64,000 nucleotides of DNA from Candidatus Saccharimonadota bacterium (GCA_050486305.1 JBJHDA010000001.1:499071-563070); one strand, 5' to 3'. Counted from the stretch's first letter, positions 35,955 to 47,429 are shown. Program-made: numbers and translations. Notes: generated by a model not told the origin, from the sequence alone.

Positions 35955-36512
35955 TTAGTTAGTACTCGCTTTCTTCGTCGTTTTCTTGGCACTTAATTTT
36001 TCGGTAGCTTTTTTTGTTTTTGGTTTCTTTGCTGGAGTGGTTTTTTTGGTGCTAGGCTTTTTTACCGGCTTCTTTTTTTCTGCAGCCTGCTGATGGTTTT
36101 TCAACAGTGTACCGAGAACGCCGTTTATAAATTTACTAGAGTTTTCGCCACCAAAGGATTTTGCCAGTTCGATTGCCTCATTAATGACAACCTTGTCGGG
36201 GACATCCGCCTCATGCAGCAACTCAAAAGCACCGATTCGTAACACAAGTCTGTCCATCCTGGCTATTTGATCAATCGGCCACTCAGGCGCAATTGGCTGC
36301 AACGTCTTATCTAGCTCATCTTGTCGCTTGCTTATCTGCCTAGTGAGCCGCTCGATAAAATCCGTGTCTTCTATTACGTTCTTATACCTTCGGATGTTCC
36401 TGTGAAGAACTTCCTCCAGATCAAATGAATTATCTTCACACGCTTGGCGGAGCTCCTGTTCATACAGAGTCTGCAAAACTATGATTCGGCCAAGGTGACG
36501 ATTAGATGCCAT
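35955..36512 (-). CDS. nusB: transcription antitermination factor NusB with Lys-rich C-terminal tail
   Basis: The NusB core is RIIVLQTLYEQE ... INEAIELAKSFGGENSSKFINGVLG. The tail reads KKKPVKKPSTKKTTPAKKPKTKKATEK. Confidence 0.88.
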   Translation of the reverse strand: MASNRHLGRIIVLQTLYEQELRQACEDNSFDLEEVLHRNIRRYKNVIEDTDFIERLTRQISKRQDELDKTLQPIAPEWPIDQIARMDRLVLRIGAFELLHEADVPDKVVINEAIELAKSFGGENSSKFINGVLGTLLKNHQQAAEKKKPVKKPSTKKTTPAKKPKTKKATEKLSAKKTTKKASTN

Positions 36513-36589
36513 ATCGATGTATATTATTTATGCTTCTCAAGGTGCGGTTTCGGGATGCTCGTTAAATAAGCCCCGCTGTTGTTACGATG

Positions 36590-36748
36590 CTACGATTTAC
36601 TGTTTGCGTGAGCCTTACCACTCTCACGACGAGTTGTGTACGCTTTAACCGGCGAAGCGGCATTTACGCGACGTGCCAGCTTTACAACTTCATGGCTGCG
36701 ACGCGAACCGGTTCTTCGAGGAGTCGTACGTTTTTTGGGTTTACCCAT
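36590..36748 (-). CDS. rpmF: 50S ribosomal protein L32 (bL32), Cys-less form; absent from the supplied ORF track (<60 aa)
   Basis: My hand translation of the minus strand gives MGKPKKRTTPRRTGSRRSHEVVKLARRVNAASPVKAYTTRRESGKAHANSKS*. The PKKRTxxxRxxxRRSH start is the bL32 signature, and GGAGA lies 8 nt upstream of the ATG. Confidence 0.7.
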   Translation of the reverse strand: MGKPKKRTTPRRTGSRRSHEVVKLARRVNAASPVKAYTTRRESGKAHANSKS

Positions 36749-36880
36749 AAGTCAGTCTCCTTCCTGATTTACCTTGGTGTAACTTGGGCACAGTATAGCG
36801 GACTCGACACCATAACTCAAGCAAACTAAGGTGTTTAATTATCTAGAATTCCCGGCTTAATTAAGCGTACTTACAGGTGG

Positions 36881-39805
36881 TCAAACAACAAAGTTGACCA
36901 ACTTTCCCGGAACATAAATGACTTTTTTAAGCTCATTATTATTCACGTAGGCCTTCGTTCGTTCATGCCCGAGTGCAGCAGAAACTACATCATCTTTTTC
37001 GCTATCTGCCGCAACCTCTATGTTTGCCCTTACCTTACCGTTCACCTGTACAACGATAGTGATTGTATCGCTCGCCAGCTTTGCCTCATCATAGCTCGGC
37101 CAATTATCTACGTGGACGGTACTTTTATTGCCCATATCACTCCAAAGCTCCTCACTGATATGCGGCGCAAATGGGGCGAGCACCTGAAGAAGACTCTCCA
37201 GCGCGAAACGCCATGTTTTTGTCTGAGAAACTCCATTACCCTGCTTAACTTTATATAGCTCATTCAACGCACTCATCATGGCCGCAATTGCAGTATTGAA
37301 CTTGTCGGCATCAATATCTTCTGTGACTTTTTTTATCATTTTATGCGTTGCAGTTTCGAGCTGCCTCTCTGCAGCTGTGCTGCTCTTGGGTTCGCCTTCA
37401 GCTCCAATAAATTCTTGTACAATTGTCCAGACGCGATTTAAAAATCGGTAGGTACCCGGAATTCCCTGCTCGTCCCAAAGCACATCCATTTCCACGGGAG
37501 CCGCAAACATCTCGTAAAGCCGCAGCGCATCGGCGCCATAACCGCTCTCAATTACATCAAGAGGATCAACGCCAGTCCCTTTGCTCTTACTGAACATCGA
37601 GCCGTCTGCCGCCCTGACCTTACCGTTGTAAACCATTTTTGAGAAAGGCTCTGGCTTAGTAACAAGTCCGAGCTTATGGAAAAAGCGCATAAAAAACCGT
37701 GCATACAATAAGTGTGCTGTCGCATGATCACCACCGTTGTAAAAATCCACCGGAAGCCACTTTCCGGCAAGTTTTACATCCCATGGCTGGACCTCATCAT
37801 TCGGGCTCAAGTACCGTAAGAAGTACCAGCTTGAACAAACGTATCCATCCATCGTATCAGTCTCTCGTTTTGCTGGCTCACGGCACTTCGGACACTGCAC
37901 GTTAACCCAGTCTTCCACGCCAGCTAACACGGATGCATGTCCACCTGTCGGCTTATAGTTTTGAATCTCGGGCAAGATAACCGGCAGGTCTTCTTCTGGT
38001 ACGGCTACCGGGCCACAAGTTTCGCAGTGGATAATTGGAATGGGTGCGCCCCAATACCGTTGCCGCGATATGAGCCAATCACGCATTTTATATTGGATTT
38101 TCGGCTCTGCTGACCCCTGCTTTTGCAAATCATTGATAATCGCCGTAGCTGCCTGGGCTGTCGTCATACCGTTATACTTTCCAGAATTCGTGAGCAAGCC
38201 TTCGCCACTATAGCATTCACCAAGCACAAGATATCGATAAAACGTCTCGTGAATACCGTCATCCAACATGCTCGCTGCAGCCTCAACCGGCTGCCAGGTT
38301 ACAGAAAATTTCCCTTCTTCACCATCATCAAGATCTGTCGTGTCTTTTTCTTGGTCAACGAGATCAAATAGTAATCCTTTACCGCTCACGTGCATATTTT
38401 TGTGCTTCGTGTTTGAGTAGAAGTAGCCGTGTCCAGAAAATTCCGCTTCTTTAACAAGTTCTAGATTTTTATAGCCTGTCTCTTCTTGGATTTCGCGTTT
38501 TGCCGCCTGTACGTAAGTTTCATTTTCCTCAACTCCGCCACCAATTAGCATATTACCGCCGTGGCGCTCTTTACGCGGGCCCCAGTCTAATACAATGACT
38601 TTATTTTTCTCTGGGTTCCTTACTGCGACAAATACTGATTTTTTGTAGGTGTCATCACCTTGCGGCTCGCCATAGGTAGGCTCAACTACAAACCGGATAG
38701 GCAAATCAAACTTATTTGCAAACGCAAAATCCCGTTCATCATGGGCTGGCACAGCCATGATAGCGCCAGTTCCGTATCCATATAGCACATAATCAGCAAT
38801 CCAAATTGGCATTTCTTCATTCGTTAACGGATTAACGGCGTATGCACCCGTAAAAACACCTGTTTTTTCCGCGCCAGCCTCTTGACGCTCGACATCGCTT
38901 TTTTGCTGTGCCTGTTTTACGTATACTTCGACAGCCTCTTGTTGCTCCGGAATTGATATTTTAGAGACTATCGGATGCTCGGGCGCTACCACCATAAATG
39001 TCGCGCCAGCTAACGTGTCCGGACGTGTAGTAAACACATCAAGGGAAGCGTCAGAATCACGTACGGTAAATGTAATTTGTGCGCCCTCACTTCGACCAAT
39101 CCAGCTTTTCTGAGAAGCCTTCACCGACTGGGTCCAGTTTAGTTCATCGGTTGCCTGAAGCATTTCATCAGCATAATCTGTAATTTTGAAAAACCACTGT
39201 TTCAAGTTTTTCTTTGTTACAAGCGGATCGTCAGGATTATCGTGGCGCCAACACTTTCCACCAAGCACTTGCTCATCAGCCAGCACGGTCTTGCACTGAT
39301 CACACCACCACTGCGGACTTTCTTTTTGATACGCGAGTCCGTTTTCAAATAGCTTTGTAAATATCCATTGCGTCCACTTGTAATAACCTGGATCTGTCGT
39401 ATTAATCTCTTTCGACCAATCGACCGCCCACCCCATTGCCCGATATTGCCGTTGATACTTCTTGACCGCTTCTGCAGTAGAGTCCTGTGGCGAAACACCT
39501 GTCTTTATCGCGTAGTTCTCTGCCGGCAGACCAAACGAGTCCCAGCCAACAGGTTGGTATGTTTCATACCCTTGCTGTCGCTTTACCCTGGTAATTACGT
39601 CAGGAATTGTATAGTTACGAACGTGCCCGACGTGGATACCTGCTCCGCTCGGATAATTAAACATGCCAAAGCCCATAAACTTGGGTTTATCGCTCGACAT
39701 ATCTGCTTGATATATCCCGCTCTTTTCCCAGTTTTGCTGCCACTTCGGCTCAATATCTTTTGGGTTATAACGCCTCATATCCATGCCATTATACGGCATT
39801 ACCAT
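36881..39805 (-). CDS. leuS: leucyl-tRNA synthetase carrying an internal Nudix-fold insertion
   Basis: 974 aa with HIGH (HVGH), KMSKS-type (FSKSKG), CP1 editing motifs (TTRPDTLAGATF, GTGAIMAVPAHDERD) and RDWLISRQRYWGAPIP. The start is uncertain, with ATGs at 39805, 39784 and 39778. Confidence 0.95.
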   Translation of the reverse strand: MVMPYNGMDMRRYNPKDIEPKWQQNWEKSGIYQADMSSDKPKFMGFGMFNYPSGAGIHVGHVRNYTIPDVITRVKRQQGYETYQPVGWDSFGLPAENYAIKTGVSPQDSTAEAVKKYQRQYRAMGWAVDWSKEINTTDPGYYKWTQWIFTKLFENGLAYQKESPQWWCDQCKTVLADEQVLGGKCWRHDNPDDPLVTKKNLKQWFFKITDYADEMLQATDELNWTQSVKASQKSWIGRSEGAQITFTVRDSDASLDVFTTRPDTLAGATFMVVAPEHPIVSKISIPEQQEAVEVYVKQAQQKSDVERQEAGAEKTGVFTGAYAVNPLTNEEMPIWIADYVLYGYGTGAIMAVPAHDERDFAFANKFDLPIRFVVEPTYGEPQGDDTYKKSVFVAVRNPEKNKVIVLDWGPRKERHGGNMLIGGGVEENETYVQAAKREIQEETGYKNLELVKEAEFSGHGYFYSNTKHKNMHVSGKGLLFDLVDQEKDTTDLDDGEEGKFSVTWQPVEAAASMLDDGIHETFYRYLVLGECYSGEGLLTNSGKYNGMTTAQAATAIINDLQKQGSAEPKIQYKMRDWLISRQRYWGAPIPIIHCETCGPVAVPEEDLPVILPEIQNYKPTGGHASVLAGVEDWVNVQCPKCREPAKRETDTMDGYVCSSWYFLRYLSPNDEVQPWDVKLAGKWLPVDFYNGGDHATAHLLYARFFMRFFHKLGLVTKPEPFSKMVYNGKVRAADGSMFSKSKGTGVDPLDVIESGYGADALRLYEMFAAPVEMDVLWDEQGIPGTYRFLNRVWTIVQEFIGAEGEPKSSTAAERQLETATHKMIKKVTEDIDADKFNTAIAAMMSALNELYKVKQGNGVSQTKTWRFALESLLQVLAPFAPHISEELWSDMGNKSTVHVDNWPSYDEAKLASDTITIVVQVNGKVRANIEVAADSEKDDVVSAALGHERTKAYVNNNELKKVIYVPGKLVNFVV
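38216..38653 (-). other. Nudix hydrolase-like module inserted in LeuRS (approx. residues 385-530)
   Basis: I translated nt 38471-38539 directly and obtained GGVEENETYVQAAKREIQEETGY, a perfect GX5EX7REUXEEXGU box. The flanking beta-strand-like segments (VFVAVRNPEKNKVIVLDWG, GKGLLFDLV) fit a Nudix fold. Confidence 0.75.
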
Positions 39806-39834
39806 CGGTCCCCAATAGATTATCTGGGTGGTAT

Positions 39835-41088
39835 TTAGTGTTTCTTAAATAATTGTGCCTTTTTCTTGAGCCATGCAGGTGACTGCCGGACGAGCTTTTC
39901 CTCGTCAGACGAATGAACGAGTAGAGGCTTAATTGCCTCCTCCAGAAAAACCCCGTTCTGCGAGCCCTTAAGCAGAACAACGCCATTCGGTTTTATCGCT
40001 TTTGACAGATACTCACCAATCTCATAAGGAGACTTAAACACCTTGACTCTGTTTCCTTGCTGGTTTGCCGCAGGAGCTAAGAATAGTTCAGCTTCGTGCC
40101 CAATAACGACTACTTCGTCCAGTTGGCTTGGATCGCAATGCTTGGCAGCGTGTTCATGCGCCGCCTTTGAGTATCCACCCATTTCATTCATATTCCCGAG
40201 TACTGCCATCTTCTGTGATGCCTTCATTTCATAAAGCGTATCCAGAGCTGCAACCACTGCTTCCGGGCTTGCATTATACGTATCATCGATAATAGTTATG
40301 TCATGCCTGCCTTCTAGCAGTTGCATTCTACCCGGCATAGCAGTTACGTTACGTAAATTCTTCTCTATCGGCTCCATCTCGAGGCTTAGTGCCAACCCGG
40401 TCAAATATGCCGCGCATAATATCTTTTGGACATGTGCGCCAATCAACTTCGTTTGAACGGCAAACTCTTTTTTTTCATGCCTGATAGCTGGCCGAACGTG
40501 ATTTTCCTTGAGCTGCACCAACGCCTCTCCTGAAACCCCGTAAGATTGATATTTTATACCGTGCAGATACTTTTTCGGTATATCGTCGATATTGACTATT
40601 AGTTGGTTACAAAATGCAGAAACGCTAAGCTCTTCTTTTGCTACCTCGTCAAGCGAGCCAAAGAACTCCATGTGCTCCGGTGAAACAGCAGTCACGACCG
40701 CGACATCGGCCCGCACATACGAGGAAAATTGCCCTATTTGGCCAGGCGCGTCGGTACCAAGCTCGAGCACAACAATATCGTACGGATAACTTTTCGTAAG
40801 CCTGTATTCAATCAGGAGCAACGTCTTCAACCATGAGAACGGATTGAATAGGCTTGGTAGCTGCAGCCCAAAATAGACGAGCGGGACCGATAAAAGATCA
40901 TTATAGTTACCGTCTTGATATTGGACACTAAATTTCCCTCCTAGATACTGAGCGATTGCCCGTTTGGTACTGCTTTTACCAACACTTCCGACAACGACGA
41001 CGGTTTTAAATGCATTTCTTTTGTATAGACGCCGAACTTGCCAGCCAAGAATGCTAGCCATAACTTGTCGAAAAAACTTTTTAAGCAT
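39835..41088 (-). CDS. murF: Mur ligase family protein, MurF-like (UDP-MurNAc-tripeptide--D-Ala-D-Ala ligase)
   Basis: 417 aa with an ATP-binding loop VVGSVGKSSTKRA and the Mur ligase C-terminal block DDTYNASPEAVVAALDTL...VLGNMNEMG. Confidence 0.75.
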   Translation of the reverse strand: MLKKFFRQVMASILGWQVRRLYKRNAFKTVVVVGSVGKSSTKRAIAQYLGGKFSVQYQDGNYNDLLSVPLVYFGLQLPSLFNPFSWLKTLLLIEYRLTKSYPYDIVVLELGTDAPGQIGQFSSYVRADVAVVTAVSPEHMEFFGSLDEVAKEELSVSAFCNQLIVNIDDIPKKYLHGIKYQSYGVSGEALVQLKENHVRPAIRHEKKEFAVQTKLIGAHVQKILCAAYLTGLALSLEMEPIEKNLRNVTAMPGRMQLLEGRHDITIIDDTYNASPEAVVAALDTLYEMKASQKMAVLGNMNEMGGYSKAAHEHAAKHCDPSQLDEVVVIGHEAELFLAPAANQQGNRVKVFKSPYEIGEYLSKAIKPNGVVLLKGSQNGVFLEEAIKPLLVHSSDEEKLVRQSPAWLKKKAQLFKKH

Positions 41089-41138
41089 TTACTCTATTTC
41101 GATATCGTTAAGATTAAAGTTTCCAAAACTCCCACCAT

Positions 41139-42113
41139 TTATTGCTGGGCAGCCTGGATACGCTGCTGGAGCTCAATTGCAGGAATCGGATCATCTGGAA
41201 TAGTAATTGGCTGTAGCACGCCATAATCTCGTAAAACTTCCTGTCGATCGTTTTGCGCACCATATGTCAATTCGGTAGGTTGCCGCGATAGAATATCTAC
41301 CTTAACTGTAAATCGAATTGGAGCCACGCCCCGAAAATCAGCCGGATTGACATTTTCTAGCTGCGTAAGCCCCATTGCGCCAGCCACTTGCTGCAAATAT
41401 GAAACATATGCCTCTGGCTGAAGCATCACTGGATAGGTGAAAATCGGACGGCCATTCTCGGATTCTCGCGTGACCCCTAAATAGTCCACATCATAAACCC
41501 CTGCCTCAAGCGCAAATTGTACGAGCTCTTTTCGTTCAGAGGCAGTCAGGCTTGCAAACGGGATAACACCGAGTACCGCTTCGCTGAATGATTCTCCATT
41601 TTGCGGCTGACCGGCAGGTGTTTCGCTAACGCCCCACACGCCGACGACATCACTGAAGTCAATCGCTTCACCATCTTCGTCCTGCTCAGAGGTTTCTATT
41701 AAGGTGTATCGCACATAATCACGTTCGGGCGTACCGATTTCCTCAGTGACAACCTCCGCGGTTATCTCGCCTTCCTGAGTTATGGTTGTCTGGCCGATTA
41801 CCCCAGTATCAGCTCCGAACTGAAGCCGATTAACCTGTTCAAGTGATTGCACTTCAGCCTCTTGAGAAACAGTTCTGGTTACGGAAGTTGTATTTAGTGA
41901 TTTGTTTAACATCCCCTCAAAGGTGCGCTCCGCATCGGTAAAGATAAACTGCCACCACAACACCACACCCGCACTCAGAATTATCAATGCAACAAGGACG
42001 GTAGCCTTCATTGCCGCCTGGCTTACGGTAAAAGTGTTTTGGTTAGCGCTTTTTTTTGATTTTTTACGGAATCTCCCACCTTGCAAAATACTCGGTCTCT
42101 TCATGCACACCAT
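41139..42113 (-). CDS. hypothetical membrane-anchored protein
   Basis: 324 aa with a single N-terminal TM helix (VLVALIILSAGVVLWWQFIF) and a large extracytoplasmic region. No motif is recognised. Confidence 0.5.
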   Translation of the reverse strand: MVCMKRPSILQGGRFRKKSKKSANQNTFTVSQAAMKATVLVALIILSAGVVLWWQFIFTDAERTFEGMLNKSLNTTSVTRTVSQEAEVQSLEQVNRLQFGADTGVIGQTTITQEGEITAEVVTEEIGTPERDYVRYTLIETSEQDEDGEAIDFSDVVGVWGVSETPAGQPQNGESFSEAVLGVIPFASLTASERKELVQFALEAGVYDVDYLGVTRESENGRPIFTYPVMLQPEAYVSYLQQVAGAMGLTQLENVNPADFRGVAPIRFTVKVDILSRQPTELTYGAQNDRQEVLRDYGVLQPITIPDDPIPAIELQQRIQAAQQ

Positions 42114-42274
42114 TGTATCAGTTTTTCATTTTGACGCTACACAGTGTTTTTCTTCTGCCAGAGACCAATGTTTGGTAGAATACAGTTGCTAATCAACGGT
42201 GGCATCCGGATATCGAGCGTTGGCGCGGTTGATATGGAACAATGCGGACAAATTATGCGTCCCGCACTTCTGGA

Positions 42275-42351
42275 GGGGCATTGGCGCAGTTGGCTAGCGC
42301 GCTTCCATGGCATGGAAGAGGTCATCGGTTCGAATCCGATATGCTCCACCA
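42275..42351 (+). tRNA. tRNA-Ala (GGC)
   Basis: I folded the cloverleaf by hand: acceptor GGGGCAT/ATGCTCC with the G3:U70 Ala identity pair, anticodon stem CTTCC/GGAAG, loop ATGGCAT, T-loop TTCGAAT. CCA is encoded. Confidence 0.9.
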
Positions 42352-42362
42352 GAAGTGCGGGA

Positions 42363-42395
42363 AGGTCCGGAATTCGAGTCCTCGTATCTCCACCA
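42363..42395 (+). pseudogene. degenerate copy of a tRNA 3' half (variable region + T-arm + acceptor 3' strand + CCA)
   Basis: aggtccggaattcgagtcctcgtatctccacca aligns ungapped with the tRNA-Ala 3' 33 nt at 21/33 positions. AGGTC, TTCGA, TCC and CTCCACCA are conserved. The T-stem no longer pairs (A53/C61) and there is no 5' half. Confidence 0.5.
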
Positions 42396-42472
42396 CACGA
42401 ACTACCGAAAAACTGTGAACTAAAAAGACCGTCGGTGCTATTCTTGAATCAAAGTGCAATTGCCCGTATATC

Positions 42473-42510
42473 AAAAAAGCTCCGTGAACGCTCAGTTTGC
42501 GGAGCTTTTT
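42473..42510. terminator. bidirectional hairpin terminator between tRNA-Ala and ligA
   Basis: aaaagctccg / cggagctttt forms a 10-bp stem with a 15-nt loop. It is flanked by an A-run and a T-run. Confidence 0.6.
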
Positions 42511-42670
42511 ATAAATTCGTGCGCCCCCACCCTGCGACGGGTGACGCTAATACTAAAATAGTTTTATATTTTGGTTGTTTTTATTTCACACGTCGCATTT
42601 CGACGCACGAACTACCATAAGCGTATACTGCTTACGCATCATTGTCAACTTCCTAGTACTGGCTGCTTAC

Positions 42671-45648
<2,978 letters not shown>

Positions 45649-45655
45649 AACTAAT

Positions 45656-46531
45656 CTATGCGTGCGTTCCCATATTACGCAGCCGGTTAACCCGTTCGTC
45701 AATTGGCGGGTGCGTGCTAAACATACCAGCTAGCTTGCTACCTTTCATGGGATTAGAAAAAAATAGGTGAGCAGTCGCAGTATGCTGAACTTTTGTAGCG
45801 CTGCCGTATTGACCGATTTTCTCTAGCGCCCTTGCTAACCCCTCCGGATAACGAGTCGTAAGCGCTCCGGTCGCATCAGCCAGATATTCCCGCCGTCGAG
45901 ATACGGCAAGTTGTATCATCTTCGCAATGATCGGTGCTAATATTGCCGCAACTATCCCAAGCAGAATAATTATTCCGCCGCCTTGATTATTACGGTTACC
46001 TCGAAACCATGTCATGCGTATCATCACGTCGGCTAATAGAGATATGACGACGACAAGCGCAAACGCTATCATAGTTAAGCGAATATCGTAGTTTTTCACG
46101 TGTGCAAGCTCGTGGGCCATCACCCCTTGAAGCTCGCTGTCATCCATGATGTCAAGCAATCCGGTCGTTGCACAAACAGCAGCGTGTTTCGGGTCGCGCC
46201 CTGTTGCAAAAGCATTCGGAGCCGGATCGTTCATGATGTACACCTTCGGCATAGGCATGCCTTCGGTGATTGCCAGATTTTCTACGGTCCGCCACAGCCG
46301 TGGATTATCGCGCTTCTGTATCTCTTTTGCACCATTGATCGCCAGTGCCATTTTTGAACCGGCAAGATAGCTAATAAGTGCATAAACTGCTGCTCCAATG
46401 AGCACGTAGGGCGTTATTGCCGGCTCTCCGACGTACACGCCGAAAATCCAGCCAAGTACTCCTACGAGGAGTACGAATACAAACATCAGTAAAATCGTTC
46501 GTCGCTTATTACTGGCAATCTGTTTATACAC
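45656..46531 (-). CDS. htpX: M48 family zinc metalloprotease HtpX
   Basis: It has the HELAHVKN zinc motif, 4 TM helices and the C-terminal HPPIDERV block. Confidence 0.9.
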   Translation of the reverse strand: MYKQIASNKRRTILLMFVFVLLVGVLGWIFGVYVGEPAITPYVLIGAAVYALISYLAGSKMALAINGAKEIQKRDNPRLWRTVENLAITEGMPMPKVYIMNDPAPNAFATGRDPKHAAVCATTGLLDIMDDSELQGVMAHELAHVKNYDIRLTMIAFALVVVISLLADVMIRMTWFRGNRNNQGGGIIILLGIVAAILAPIIAKMIQLAVSRRREYLADATGALTTRYPEGLARALEKIGQYGSATKVQHTATAHLFFSNPMKGSKLAGMFSTHPPIDERVNRLRNMGTHA

Positions 46532-46577
46532 GTCGGCTTATCTCCGCTTACTGTACGCTTCTTCTTTTCTCAAGAGC

Positions 46578-47132
46578 TTAGAATGATACTTCGGTTGGCT
46601 TAGCTATTTTTGCTACTTCTGATTCTTCTACTTCAAAGAAGTCGCGCTCGCTAAAGCCAAGCATACCGGCGATAAGGTTCGTTGGAAATACCTTCACCTT
46701 AATATTCAGCTCTCGGGCTGAACTGTTATAAAAGCGCCGTGCGGCCTGAATCTTATCCTCAGTATCTACAAGCTCCTCCTGCAAGTGCTTGAAGTTCTCG
46801 TTTGCCTTAAGATCCGGGTAGGCCTCAGCAACAGCAAATAAGCTCTTAAGTGTTTTTTGGAACATGTTTTCTGCTTCTGCGGTTTCTTTTACACCTTGAG
46901 CATTCATTAAGCCAGCTCGGGCCTCAGTCACCTTCTGAAACACTTCTTTCTCGTGCTTGGCGTATCCTTTTACGGTATTTACAAGATTAGGTATAAGGTC
47001 AGTCCGTCGCTTAAGCTGGACAGTAATATCGCTCCAGGCTTCATTAACCCGTACGTTCGCTCGAACAAGATTGTTGTATATGAAGATTACAGCTACTACC
47101 AGAACTGCCAGTGCAATCAATAGATATGTCAT
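46578..47132 (-). CDS. lemA: LemA family protein
   Basis: 184 aa with an N-terminal TM helix and LemA blocks (QLKRRTDLIPNLV, AEAYPDLKANENF, ARRFYN). Confidence 0.9.
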   Translation of the reverse strand: MTYLLIALAVLVVAVIFIYNNLVRANVRVNEAWSDITVQLKRRTDLIPNLVNTVKGYAKHEKEVFQKVTEARAGLMNAQGVKETAEAENMFQKTLKSLFAVAEAYPDLKANENFKHLQEELVDTEDKIQAARRFYNSSARELNIKVKVFPTNLIAGMLGFSERDFFEVEESEVAKIAKPTEVSF

Positions 47133-47320
47133 TTACGTATTTCTCCCTTTATCGTATCTATAACTATACTGGAAATTATCTGTTTTGAGAAGACGCTACT
47201 GTATATATTTGTTAATCAATTATGGGCTATTTACATACATAACTGAGCTTCTGCGTGCCTTCTCACTCCACCGACTGCCTCTATCTATCAATAGAGGATC
47301 CAGTTCTCGTCTGGGAGCAC

Positions 47321-47346
47321 GAAAAAACCCGTCACTACGGACGGGT
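47321..47346 (-). terminator. rho-independent terminator after tRNA-Phe
   Basis: On the minus strand, acccgtc-cgtagt-gacgggt is followed by TTTTTTC, immediately 3' of the tRNA CCA end. Confidence 0.7.
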
Positions 47347-47353
47347 CATTTCG

Positions 47354-47429
47354 TGGTGGCTCCTCCCAGACTCGAACTGGGGACACAAGGCTCTTCAAGC
47401 CTCTGCTCTACCAACTGAGCTAAAGAGCC
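47354..47429 (-). tRNA. tRNA-Phe (GAA)
   Basis: The reverse complement is GGCTCTTTAGCTCAGTTGGTAGAGCAGAGGCTTGAAGAGCCTTGTGTCCCCAGTTCGAGTCTGGGAGGAGCCACCA. It folds as a clean cloverleaf with anticodon loop TTGAAGA. Confidence 0.92.

Noticed and set aside
36587-36829. 80-aa plus-strand ORF between nusB and leuS
   Set aside because: The opposite strand encodes a much more convincing 52-aa bL32 (rpmF) with an SD. The plus-strand ORF is its antisense shadow.
39778-39805. TATAAT box (minus strand, ~39788-39793) a few nt upstream of the internal ATGs of leuS, suggesting a leaderless leuS mRNA
   Set aside because: The spacing to either ATG (3 or 9 nt) is not ideal, and I cannot distinguish among the three candidate starts from sequence alone. 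It is recorded only as start-site uncertainty.
42144-42620. 158-aa plus-strand ORF in the supplied track
   Set aside because: It runs straight through tRNA-Ala (42275-42351), the tRNA-half remnant and a terminator hairpin. It has no SD and no recognisable protein features, so I treat it as spurious.
42363-42670. Possibility that the ...TCTCCACCA fragment is the acceptor piece of a (permuted) tmRNA
   Set aside because: The T-stem does not pair, and I found no complementary 5' acceptor strand (GGAGATAC) downstream or upstream. There is no tag-like reading frame ending in ...LAA. A decayed tRNA 3' half is the simpler reading.
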